From Bugula neritina (Eukaryota > Animalia > Bryozoa), in NCBI GenBank assembly GCA_964035545.1, contig OZ037767.1:10798581-10862580 (forward strand): a stretch of DNA of 64,000 nt, in the 5' to 3' direction. Shown piece after piece: positions 25,501 to 35,700 of the stretch. Within the stretch, counting starts at the first letter, position 1. Every line of letters begins with the position of its first letter. The notes under the pieces were generated by a model. That model did not search any database. It was not told the DNA's origin and was given only the letters and a program-made list of their open reading frames with translations. Both the position numbers and the translations under genes were made by a program.

Positions 25501-27496
25501 CATAGACACAGTTAAGGTACGGCCTCCTTATTAGTTATCTTGTGATAGCATGTATTCAGTGCTCATTTTGACAGTGCTTATTGGCAACAATTGGCTATTG
25601 CTGTTGCTTTGCAGATGTTTTGTTTATTGGTTGTTGATTAATAGTGTATTGTATATTCTGTAAGTTAAAGGTAAGTATTGTATTATTTGTAAATTAAGTG
25701 TAAGTATTGTATATTCTGTAAGTTAAATGTAAGTCTTGTATATTCTGTAAGTTGAAGGTAGGTATTGTATTATTTGTAAATTAAGTGTAAGTATTGTATA
25801 TTCTGTAAGAGACATATAAGTCCTGTACATTATGTAAGTTGAAGGTAAGTATTGTATATTATGTAAGTTAAAGATAAGTCCTGTATATTCTGTAAATTAA
25901 GTGTAAGTATTGTATATTCTGTAAGAGACATATAAGTCCTGTACATTATGTAAGTTGAAGGTAAGTATTGTATATTATGTAAGTTAAAGATAAGTCCTGT
26001 ATATTCTGTAAATTAAGTGTAAGTATTGTATATTCTGTAAGAGACATATAAGTCCTGTACATTATGTAAGTTGAAGGTAAGTATTGTATATTATGTAAGT
26101 TAAAGATAAGTCCTGTATATTCTGTAAATTAAGTGTAAGTATTGTATATTCTGTAAGATACATATAAGTCCTGTACATTATGTAAGTTGAAGGTAAGTAT
26201 GTATAGTTTTACTTTACAGCTGTCAGAAGATAGTCGGGAAACTGGCAGCAGATGTGTTATTATCCGTTGCTATGAGTCATTTGGGGGGAGTTGTGTAGCC
26301 ACCCTGTCACTTTCTTCTAACTATACTATGAGCTCCGCTAAAGAGTAAGTACATGAGCTGCTGTGTAACTTAGACTCACCTATTAGTACCTACACCTGTG
26401 TTATATTTGTGTTATCAAGTTTTGCTTCAATAAACCGTTTTCAAAGGTCCCACTATCCCCCTTACAATTAAAAGTTGTGTCCTCCCAAAATGAAAATCGT
26501 TAAACAAAATAAACTCAGTAACCAAAACCACAAAATGCTTTCGAGTTTATTTTCTTTGAAATTTTTCATGAAGAAATATTTTAAAAATTTTTTTATGAAC
26601 TGCTAATATGTGTGCTTATACCAAAAACCTATCTTTTAAAAGAACAATTCTATAGCATAGTTAGAATTTTAAGTAGCAGCCAAACCTAAAATTTTTAACG
26701 AGTTTGCTCTTTATACAAAGGTTCAATCTATTCACTTTGGGAGCACACAACTCTTAATTATAAAGGGGATATCGGAGACCTCTTATCTGAAAAGGGTCTA
26801 TTGTACTTGAATAATATTATATAGAACAGTAGAGTATGGAGCAGGAACTATATTATGCTGAAAATCTCTTGCTGCATGCGAGAGTTTCCTGCCACACGAT
26901 GTATTGTCAGCAGGAGGGAAGCTAGGGTAGCCACTTTGTTGCCAATGGCTTAACTGCTCTGTTGTAAAATTATGTCATGCATTCTTAATAATTTGAAAAT
27001 GATTAGAATAAAAGCTTAAAACTGAAACACAAAAAGCAGGCTTGCTAAATGGTGATCAGCCAATTAGATTACTGCCACAGAAAATTTTCACAGTACTTGT
27101 TTAGTATTTTGACCGCATGAGATCTGCATCATTTGGCCCTATGCTAACCCTAAACATTACATAGCAATGCATGTGATAGTGTCATAACAATTTGTGAATT
27201 TGCATACTGTTGTACTTTGTTTCATAATTGTCAAAAATAACTCTGAACATACCGGCGGTTTTGTTTTGGTGAATGCTTTAAAACTTATGACCATTATTTT
27301 CTACATTTATACCCATTCATCAATCAACTAATATCCAAGTCTTGTTAGCTTAACTTATATTTAAATTTATATTATCAATGCTTCTTGTAGATGTAATGGA
27401 TTAGAAAGAGAGGTAGAAGACTTAAAGATAAAGCAAAATTCTTTTACTGCTTCTTTTGGACCTTTTAAAGTAAAAACATTCAAAATTTTGTTTTGA
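7527..27496 (+). CDS. MAN2C1: Cytosolic alpha-mannosidase (GH38), 22 exons, about 1067 aa
   Basis: Exons 7527-7645, 8279-8404, 8977-9198, 9450-9627, 10341-10435, 10911-11109, 11376-11579, 12374-12490, 13010-13105, 14003-14148, 14542-14668, 15002-15139, 15540-15659, 16030-16269, 18034-18146, 22517-22607, 23387-23551, 24191-24334, 24839-25031, 25377-25516, 26220-26344 and 27391-27496; total 3204 nt with phases consistent. Motifs: [18 protein letters not shown], Zn-binding [12 protein letters not shown], catalytic [68 protein letters not shown] and FGPFKVKT. Confidence 0.96.
8489..8946. mobile_element. Possible hAT/Charlie-type non-autonomous remnant in MAN2C1 intron 2
   Basis: Starts CAGGGCTGTC straight after TTCTAGAA (a Charlie-like NTCTAGAN target), has internal GCGGCCC/GTGGCCC motifs and a possible degraded end aaaaggtttgccc. 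No matching right-hand TSD seen. Confidence 0.35.
12495..12722. repeat. 27-bp minisatellite (TATTCCTTACTGTAGCT[C/T]ACAC[A/C]CCTA), about 8 copies
   Basis: Begins 5 nt after the MAN2C1 exon 8 donor and produces the repetitive ORFs 12437(+) and 12477(-). Confidence 0.95.
14343..14503. mobile_element. MITE-like element with imperfect terminal inverted repeats of about 40 bp
   Basis: Left end taggtgcagtaatggtgaaattgagaaaagcc; reverse complement of right end taggagcagtagcggagaaattgagatagccc. Confidence 0.65.
14672..14826. repeat. 21-bp minisatellite (GGTACACAGTCTATGGTGGTG), about 6-7 copies
   Basis: Lies immediately after the MAN2C1 exon 11 donor; the first unit copies the exon end. Confidence 0.9.
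16949..17852. mobile_element. Older degraded TIR element related to the 26432-26799 MITE
   Basis: Left end AT|AGACCCTTTTCA...GAGTTGTGTC resembles the TIR of the 26.4-kb element; a degenerate inverted counterpart lies at about 17790-17850. Confidence 0.4.
20222..21139 (-). CDS. ELOVL6: Very-long-chain fatty acid elongase, ELOVL6/ELOVL3 (baldspot) type, intronless CDS, 305 aa, nested antisense in MAN2C1 intron 15
   Basis: [27 protein letters not shown] (His box), [34 protein letters not shown] and a C-terminal KKHS ER-retrieval signal. First ATG is at 21139; the ORF-track start at 21241 is a TTG. Confidence 0.93.
   Translation of the reverse strand: MDHSINFNITGYWFESNRPGFAAAIDFLDENWTLSIWAAIAYVILIFGGRKIMASHERYNLSNTLAAWSGLLAVFSVLGTIRMLPNLYYSVFYQSFHESVCSIEWTHIPVLALWVSLFSISKIVELGDTVFIVLRKQPLILLHWYHHITVLVYTWYSYADRTSSGRWYITMNYAVHSVMYTYYALRALKYRPPQWVRMGITLFQLSQMVVGVYIAVYVYKLKQKATPCGVSDNNMKLSFLMYFSYFLLFAKFFYDAYISKPKHPVKSASNGISKNGKSHQNGHANGHPSGTMFNGQVNGETKKHS
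23191..23334 (+). repeat. 27-bp minisatellite (TACCACTAGTGTATTAGTAACT[G/A]TGAC), about 5 copies
   Basis: Tandem units in MAN2C1 intron 16; reverse complement of the 24442-24775 array. Confidence 0.95.
23681..23752 (-). tRNA. tRNA-Pro (anticodon TGG), antisense within MAN2C1 intron 17
   Basis: GGCTTGTTGGTCTAGGGGTATGATTCTCGCTTTGGGTGCGAGAGGTCCCGGGTTCAAATCCCGGACAAGCCC: 72-nt cloverleaf, intact A and B boxes, and a run of seven T (Pol III terminator) just downstream at 23671-23677. Confidence 0.97.
24442..24775 (-). repeat. 27-bp minisatellite (GTCATAGTTACTAATACACTAGTGGTA), about 12 copies
   Basis: Tandem units in MAN2C1 intron 18; produce the repetitive ORFs 24425(+) and 24433(-). Confidence 0.97.
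25014..25260. repeat. 33-bp minisatellite containing the exon 19 end and its 5' splice site, about 7.5 copies
   Basis: Unit CTATACTACCACATGGAG|GTTAGTTTACCTGCG; the GT falls at 25032, 25065, 25098, 25131, 25164, 25197 and 25230. Confidence 0.97.
25645..26200. repeat. GTAAGT-rich satellite, about 29-bp monomers arranged as a 116-bp higher-order repeat
   Basis: GTAAGA[G/T]ACAT recurs at 25805, 25921, 26037 and 26153 (period 116). Confidence 0.93.
26432..26799. mobile_element. MITE with imperfect TIRs of about 70 bp, flanked by AT (possibly PIF/Harbinger-ISL2EU related)
   Basis: Left aaaccgttttca..tatcccccttacaattaaaagttgtgtcctcccaaaatgaa; reverse complement of right agacccttttca..tatcccctttataattaagagttgtgtgctcccaaagtgaa. 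The superfamily call is inference from the AT flanks. Confidence 0.8.
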
Positions 27497-29331
27497 ATCA
27501 GTTTTATTATAATGTTCAATGCTGCAGAAACATTGTTCTGTAATTATGTCTATGAATGGGAAGTGCTAATCTTTATATTAATCGAAATCAATTGTTTTAC
27601 TATTTTATACTCCATCTTATCAGTCCATGACTTCGAGGTACTTGAGTGACAGATTAGAAGAATTCTCGTATCTGTATATGAATATTGATTAGTAGATATG
27701 CGACAGTTTGCTGCAGCTAGTTCTTGCTACTTGGTGCTTTGTTGATTCTCTGCCTTTCTATCGTTTTATATTCAGAAGCTATTTTATCAAAATAAAGTTG
27801 TTTTCATAGCAGACACTGTCTAAATATTGCTACTCTATTGCTAATATTTATTAATTATAGAAACAGCTGCAGCTTCTGATAACATACAAGATAAGTGGTG
27901 CTGTGAGGTTGTTAAATTATTGCAATTTACAAGCTGCTAACTCATTATATCTTACTCATTGTATAATTAATTACTAGTGGTAGAAATTATAATATTGTAT
28001 TGTAACTGCCTTATGTTATGCATACAATTATAATACGTTGTGTATGCACAAGTTGGCAACACATTTAATGAAACTGATTGTTCAGTTCCCATTTCACCAT
28101 GATGTAATAAATGAAGATGGATGAAAGTTTTTGATATTCAATAGTAGCTTATTTGCTGGGATAATGTAGTAGTCACATGGTAGGAAACACAACTCTTAAT
28201 TACTACAACTAAATTGTTAATGTAGTCAGCTGTATACATAGAAATAGCTATATTTTACTTTTACGAAGCTTCTAAACCAGTAATTGATATAATTAATCTT
28301 TTTTATATTGAAAGATATATAATATAAATGTGTTTACTAAAACTTTAGATGCAATTGTAGTCCAATAATAATACTCTTTTAATGAAATAATTGCCAGTAC
28401 TTTTTTATTATTGTGTACATTATATTTTGTTTTATACTATTTATTATTTTTTCATAATAACTATGTTTTTTCACACCATATAGATGCTCCATTAGCAAAG
28501 TTCATTTTTCTTTAGTCAAATACTTTATTAATTGCTGCAAATTGTTGGTATTAGCCTTGGATGGTGTGATGTAGTCTGCAGGCTATAGGAATTAAAAATG
28601 TGGGTTGCGTGCATTTTTACAGTATAATGTTGTACTTTGTAGATATTGGTTAACTTAAAGTAGTTAAACAAGAAAAATTTTATATTGCATAATAAGTAAA
28701 TGAGTTTTTAAAATATTATAAATCAACATTTAAGTGCTCACTAAATCAGAGGTAAAAGATGATGCGGTAGTTGTCTTATTTTGTTCAAGTAAGAGTATGA
28801 GACGATGAAGAGTGGTTCGCCAACTCTACAGAATTGTCATCACCTGTGTCTTGCATATAATCTGTTGACAAAGAAAGCCGCGCGAACATATCTGGTTCCG
28901 GTTTTTAAACAATTCTGCCTAAAACGTTTTTACAACGAGGACAAATTTTTTTTAAAGCTGAATAAAATATCTAAATATAATTTATAAATAGTTAAAAATA
29001 TTTCTCTTTGACCATGCTGTTAGTGTTTCATTCATTAACATGTGAAGAAGTAAATAATTTCTTGTTCAGGAATTACTGACTATCAATCGTTATTTATTAT
29101 AATAATAGTAAATGTAATAAGTAATACTAATAACGAATATTCTAATATCAGTAATAATTATATTTATATTTTAATTTATAATAATTAAATTTACTTTTAG
29201 CTCAGCGTTAAAGTTATCGTAATTATTATCATTATGATTATCATAATCCTAATGATAATGATTATGGTTATCAATATCATTATGGTTATGATGATGATTT
29301 ATTTTTAAGATTATCATTATGATTATCAATT

Positions 29332-31699
29332 CCCAGTTTCAGTTTGGCATGCGTCTCTCAGTGTTGACAATACATAGCATATTGATATTCAGTGCTGGTG
29401 TCCTGCACGTCTAGCCATAAGACTCTTAGTGTTGTTATCTGAGTCAAATGTCTGTCCGGTATGAGTGTTTTTCCTCCATTCAGCACGATCATAGGAAAGT
29501 GAGGTAAAGCTGCTGGGATTTATGTGGAAGTCTTTGAGATCTCGCTTTAAGACATTGTTATGGTGGGTTTTACTGATTTGGAGTATCGTAAACTCACCGA
29601 ATAATATATATATTGTAGCCTTGAGGTGAGCTCGGGGTCGGTGTGCAGTTATGGGTTAATGGCTTGGCTGCGAGGTAACTCCAGCTCCTGTCCGTCCGGT
29701 AGGGGTGAAGTTGAGACTCCGGGTTAGAGTAGTAGACTGGTGGTGCTCCTCAGTCTGTGATTCTGGGCTAGCACGCACAAACGTACTGTAACACATTCTA
29801 ATTGGGTCGCATACATTCTATACAATATCCTCAATCGTTCCTCAATCAGTCTAAAGTCTCTCAATTCTCCCATTTGCACTAGGTTATATAGCTACAACAC
29901 TCACACAAGCCACACCCACGCTATATGCAATATTAATGTCAAACTTAGAGTTGTGCACCCCACACACATGCAACAATAAGAGATGACCACTACACATACT
30001 TATAATACTTATAAATCCAGATACAACAACATCTTCAAACCTTAGATAAGGTCTTCCAGTTTGACGGGCTCCTTCTGACAATACGCCATGAAGCAAGATG
30101 TGTGGAATACGGTGCTTTGGCATGCGGTTTAAGTGACCAACCCAGCGAACGCGGAGAAATTTTAGCTTTGAGGAAAGAGGACCTGAACCTGTGAGTTGAA
30201 AAACATCTTTATTTGTCATCTTGTCTTTTCAGCTTTTACCAAGAATGTACCTTAAGCTTCTGGTGTGAAAATCACTGAGTTTTGATTCTTGGCGTCGATA
30301 TGTTGTCCAAGTCTCCGATCCATAAAGAAGAATGCTGAGAACACACGCTTCATAGACCCTAACTTTGGTGCGGATGCTAAGATGTCTGTTCTTCCATACT
30401 CGGTTGTTTAGGCGCCCAAACACAGTAACAGCTTTTCCCAATCTGATCAATATTTCTTGGTGAACTGTGGTGTTCTTAGTGAGAGTAGAACCAAGATAAG
30501 TAAATTTATCAACGTCCTCAAGCTGATTCTGATAGATGGTAAATGTATGGGTCCTTGGAGACTGTGAGAGGGTCACAGTTTTCTTTAGACTTATGGTTAG
30601 TCCAAAAGGATCACACGTATCACTGAAGCTGTTTAAAAAGTTTTGAAGCTGTTCAGGGGATGATGCACAAAGTGCAGCATCATCAGCATATAGTAACTCA
30701 TGAACAACAAACTTTTGAACCTTGGTTCGGGCTCGAAATCGAGCCGAGTTGAAGAAGTTACCATCATCTCGAGAAAGCAGAGACACACCAGCATCCGCAT
30801 CCAAGCTAGCATGTACTGTTTTGAAAACATATGAGAAATATATGCCAAAAAGTGTAGGGGCCAGCGCGCATCTTTGCTTAACACCCTTTCTGATAAGAAA
30901 AGCCTCAGACAATTGGCTGTCAAACTGAACTTTGGCAAACATGCCATCATGAAATGACCTAATCAAGGCAACCAGGGTTGGTGGACAACCAGCCTTGGCC
31001 GGTACTGTAAACAGAGCTTTTCAATCCACAAGATCAAATGCCTTTGTGAGGTCTACTAACACCAAGAAAAGTGGTCTTCTCTGCTCACGGGACTTCTCCA
31101 TCAGTTGGCGAACAGCAAAGATCATGTCTGTCATTGATTGCTGTGCCCGAAACCCACATTGTGACTCACGGTAAATTGTATCAGCTACTTGTTGGAGGCG
31201 CTTGAGAAGTATTTTTGCAAAGACTTTGCCAGTGACACTCAATAATGAAATGCCACGGTAGTTATTACAGTCACCTCTTTCGCCCTTGTTCTTGTACAGG
31301 GTAGTGATTTTTGCATCTTTAAACCCCTGTGGTACAGATTTAGAAAGCCAGCATTTATTCATCATAAAATGTAGATGTTTAGCCAGTGGGCCTAAGCCAG
31401 CTTTTAAAAGTTCCGCTGGGATTTCATCACTACCAGGAGCTTTACCAGATCAAAGTTTCTGAATAACGGTGATAATTTCAGAAAGATCTGGGGGCATACC
31501 TAGACGTTCTAGGACTGTTAAGTCTAGGATTTTATTAATATAGTTATGATCAGCTATGCTTGCGGCTCCATATAGCTCACTGTAATACTCGATTCAGCGG
31601 TTAAGCTTTTGGGAGTTATCTTCTATGATAGAGCCATTTTTCTCCTTCAGTACGCTGCAGGTCTGAGTAGAAGGCCCTGTGGCTATTTTGATGGCAGTA
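29332..31699 (-). mobile_element. 5'-truncated RTE (BovB-like) LINE with a pseudogenised reverse transcriptase
   Basis: GKAPGSDEIP, LYKNKGERGDCNNYRGISLL, ESQCGFR, VDLTKAFD, GVKQRCALAPTLF, ELLYADD, FTYLGS, LLYGSETW and DRAEWR, with several in-frame stops. (AAACTG)2 tail; TSD ATTATCAATT at 29322-29331 and 31700-31709. Confidence 0.93.
29556..30028. mobile_element. Solo LTR (473 bp) inserted in the RTE coding sequence
   Basis: TGTTAT...ACAACA ends (TG..CA) and a 4-bp TSD ACAT (29552-29555, 30029-30032). Removing it restores the RTE peptide RFEDV-LKRDLK. Confidence 0.85.
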
Positions 31700-32794
31700 A
31701 TTATCAATTAGTATTACTATTAGTATGAGTATTTTAATTTAACTTATTTATACTAGTAGTATAAGTATAACTGTATAAGTATTACTATTAGTATTACTAT
31801 TACTATTAGTATTACTATTACTTATTAGACACTGAGATGAATTTAGTAATACTAATAGTAATAGTATAACTATATTAATAATAAAATACTTTGAATTATA
31901 CTACAAGTTAAAACTTATGCTTATACTAATGTTTTACTTTATAGTTATACGATAACAGTAACTTAGACTTACGCTTAGTTACTTACTATTCATATTGCAC
32001 TTAGAGTTATTCAGCACACAAATTTAGATTCAAATTGATAGTGTAGCTTCATATTATCACAACCAATAAATTATTACTACTAATAGTAATATCATAAAAT
32101 TAAAATGTAATAATCTAAAAGTAAATTATACAGTTACAACTATCTAATGATAATGATTAACTTATGATATTTAATTTTATATCAATAACTCAAATTGTAA
32201 TTATTAATTGTTAATAATAATTTATTATATTAATACTATTAGTATTAGTTATTTATATCAATATAATTTATATAGGTACTTTATCTTACACTTATACTTA
32301 TTCAGTGCTAAAAGATGCTAATCAAATAAGTACAATATTTACTCTTGATATTACTTCACAATTTAAGTTTGTACTTGTATTACCTGGAGCTAGAGGTTGC
32401 TAAATAGTGATAGTGTGGGTTATGCTAAAATTTGTAAGTTTGGCTAAAGTTAACGATTTTTCAATAATCAACTTCTGCCTTACGTTAATTTTTTTAAAAG
32501 ATTATATACACATTGTTTTTGCATGAGTAATACTACATATTAGACACATACCTAGTTAAATTTCGCATATTGCTGCTGCAATTAGTTGATGTGGATCAAA
32601 ATAATTTATTTTCTGTCTAGCTGCAAACAAATTAAATTGTGATTGTATTTTTTCAGTAATTCAATTTTAGCAGCGCAACCAACTCAATAGCTAGCCACCA
32701 AAAGTTGAACAACTCTTACCCTAACGTGGAAGTAGAGATTCAAGCTTGTCTGCACTGAGTGATATCCTCAACTCTTGCTCTTATTTAGTTCGCC

Positions 32795-35700
32795 ATGGCT
32801 GTAAGTTACATACTCTAAGCATCTTATAAATTTGAATATAGTTTTAAAAATGCTTATCTTTAAAATTTAACTATAATAATTATATTTCTATTTTCTTTTT
32901 ATATGTTGGTTTTTTATACTGGTAGTAAAGTTTCTGCGATATAAAGGAACTGGTAGCTGCAAAATTTTTTGACTTCAGTGAGAAAAGTCTAATTTTTGCT
33001 GCGATTGAATGAAGTTTTCAAATATCTATTGGCTCGTACAAACACCTGGCATGTTGGCAAATAATAATTGATTAGGATTTTAGTAGTTTTATGAGCTGGG
33101 TCAAAGTCATTTCAGTAAATACCAAACCAGTTTTTTATATAAAAGCTAAAGCTAAATTCTTTAGGTTTGTAAAAAAGCTAAAGAATTTAGGTGAATAAAA
33201 TCTCTCTACAACTGCACCTAAATTATGTGGTCTGAGTTTCTAATAGGCCATTGTGTTACTTGGTGTGCCATGAGCTTTTAAAGATCATCAAAATAGTTCA
33301 GTTTAATAAGGTAGTGCTTATGAAAGTCCACATGCGATGCCCAGAGCTCATGTACGATGCATCAGAAGTCTGTCTTTGTCATATTTTCGTGGAATACTAA
33401 CACTTAATATCTGAGGCCAAGATGCAACTTTATCTTCTCTAAGAAATTCCAAGATTTCCATTGGTTTTATTTGCTGCAACAACCTTTCTGGGTGTTTTAG
33501 CTCAAAGTTTAGACTTGTCTTTGTTATTTAACTGGTGCTCTAGCAGATACCCCACAATTTATACAACAGTCGAACCTTTGGCTAATAATATGTAAATTGA
33601 TAAGAAAACTGCCAACTACGTTTCATTTGAATAGCTATTTCTCACAGCTGAGCTTAGTTTTCACACAACTGAGCTGTACTGGGCAAGCTGCTGTAGCTTA
33701 AATATAGCTTATTTGTGTTTATAAGTAGTCAACATATAGTTTACATTATATAATCAACATATAGTTTACTTTATATAATCAACATATAGGTTACATTATA
33801 TAATCAACATAAAGGTTACATTTAGGTTATATGTAGCTTACATATAACCCAAATATAGCTTATAAATAGTTTACATATAGCTTACAGATGCTTATATATA
33901 GCTTACATCTAACTTGCGAATAGCAGCAGTAGTAAGAATTGCTGATGATTAGCCAACAAAGTCATTTTTCAATGATGCTTTTGAGTTGAACATTTATTAT
34001 CAATAAAACCCAAAAATATTTACAAAAACTGTACAATTTGAGTAAATTCCCAAGAATTTCAGTAAAAGAACAATAATACACCATCACAGAGCATTATAGT
34101 ATATCTGTACAATAAGTAATGGCAGTTATTTATAGGCATAATGTCATTTTTGAACTGATACCCAAGTTGCATGCCAAAAACAATGACGCATGCAACTCGG
34201 GCATCAGTTCAAAAATCCATCTCCCAGAAGTCTTTGAAGCCAGCCTTACTTCTCTCAATTCACCCTAATGGCTACATATTATGTGGTTAAAGGAAAATGT
34301 AAATTATTCATGAAAACAGGATTTTGGTTGCTATAGTAACTGGCTCTTTCATTTCCCTTGTGTCTAGGCAATCATTAAGACAGTTTATTCTCCTCATCAA
34401 TGGTAATAATCTTTCTAATCAATACTTCCAGCCAAACAATGCTGTTTTCAGCTGATGTAGCAGAGCTGAGGGTCTTTAACCTCCCTACTCAGTAATATCC
34501 AGCAAATCTGTCATTATATACACCATGTATAACGATATATATGTAGCTGCACCCAGCACTGTAGTCAACACGTTCAGTTTATATGCTGCCCTTCTATACA
34601 ACTGACCTGTCCGATCTTTCCCTGCAATAGAAATAAGCTACCAGCTATAGATGGTTCATTTTATTGCCAAGAGAGTTGCCAACATAGAAGATATAAACCA
34701 TTATTCTTGAAATAACTGATGGTTTATTTCTATCTTAGAGATGGCATCTTTACTTTTAGTTTGCTTAATATTGATTGATAGGCATTGCTAATAGAACATC
34801 TAGTTATTACTCCAAGTACTAGGTACTACTCTAAGTACTAGTTACTAGTACAAGTATTAGCTATTACTACAAGTACTACAAGTATTAGGTACTACTCCAA
34901 GTACTAGGTACCACTACAAGTATTAGCTACTACTACAAGTACTAGGTACCACTACAAGTACTAGGTACTACTACAGTTCTGAATACTACAATGTCCCTCT
35001 ATATCTTCCTGTTCCATTTCTCACGAAATTTGATAGATCACAAGGAGGGCTTGGGCCCCTGTTTTGTGGCTTTTGTATGTATAATATATAGGGACAAAAT
35101 GGCCGAATTTAACGGATCCATGAGTTAAATCTGGTATTCTACTATCCCACAAAATGAGGTTTCAGGGCCGTAGCTTAGTGAGATATGGAGGGAGCATTGT
35201 AGTAGTTACTAGATACTACTACAAGTACTAGTTACTAATAAAGGTACTATTATTTACTAATACAAATACTAGTGACTAACTGAAGTTGAGAGTTGGACTC
35301 TGGTTACCTTGATTGAGGGAGGAGGTAGACATAACTGATAAAGTTATAGCCATAAGTCCTAGTATTGGGTTACATGTCATACAGTTTAATATAGACCAGG
35401 TGAGGTAACTCTCCGTAACCTGTGTTCTACTCTCTCTTAAATTATGATGGGTCGTGTCGCAGTGGTCGTTGGACAGTAGGTCCACATCTTCTGGATCGTT
35501 AGCTGTATAGGAAGTGCTCCCTTCCAGTCTGCTGCAATCTACACATCGGAATAACTTATAGCCTGCATCAACCCCTATATGCAGTGCAGAGGTTAAGGTC
35601 ACTGAGTGTAGTATTTGTATACACATCATTGCTAGAACGCCAAACTGGAGGCCCCTCCCCCACCCACTGCACTCAGTGACCACCAACTTTGTAAGCACCA

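Noticed and set aside
30229-31600. In-frame TGA codons in the reverse transcriptase read as recoding or selenocysteine
   Set aside because: They fall at expected Trp/Arg positions in a truncated, LTR-interrupted copy, which is ordinary pseudogene decay.
33345-33530. Minus-strand frame LLQQIKPMEILEFLREDKV, faintly CARD-like
   Set aside because: Under 60 codons between stops, with no supported start or splice partners; the similarity is too weak.
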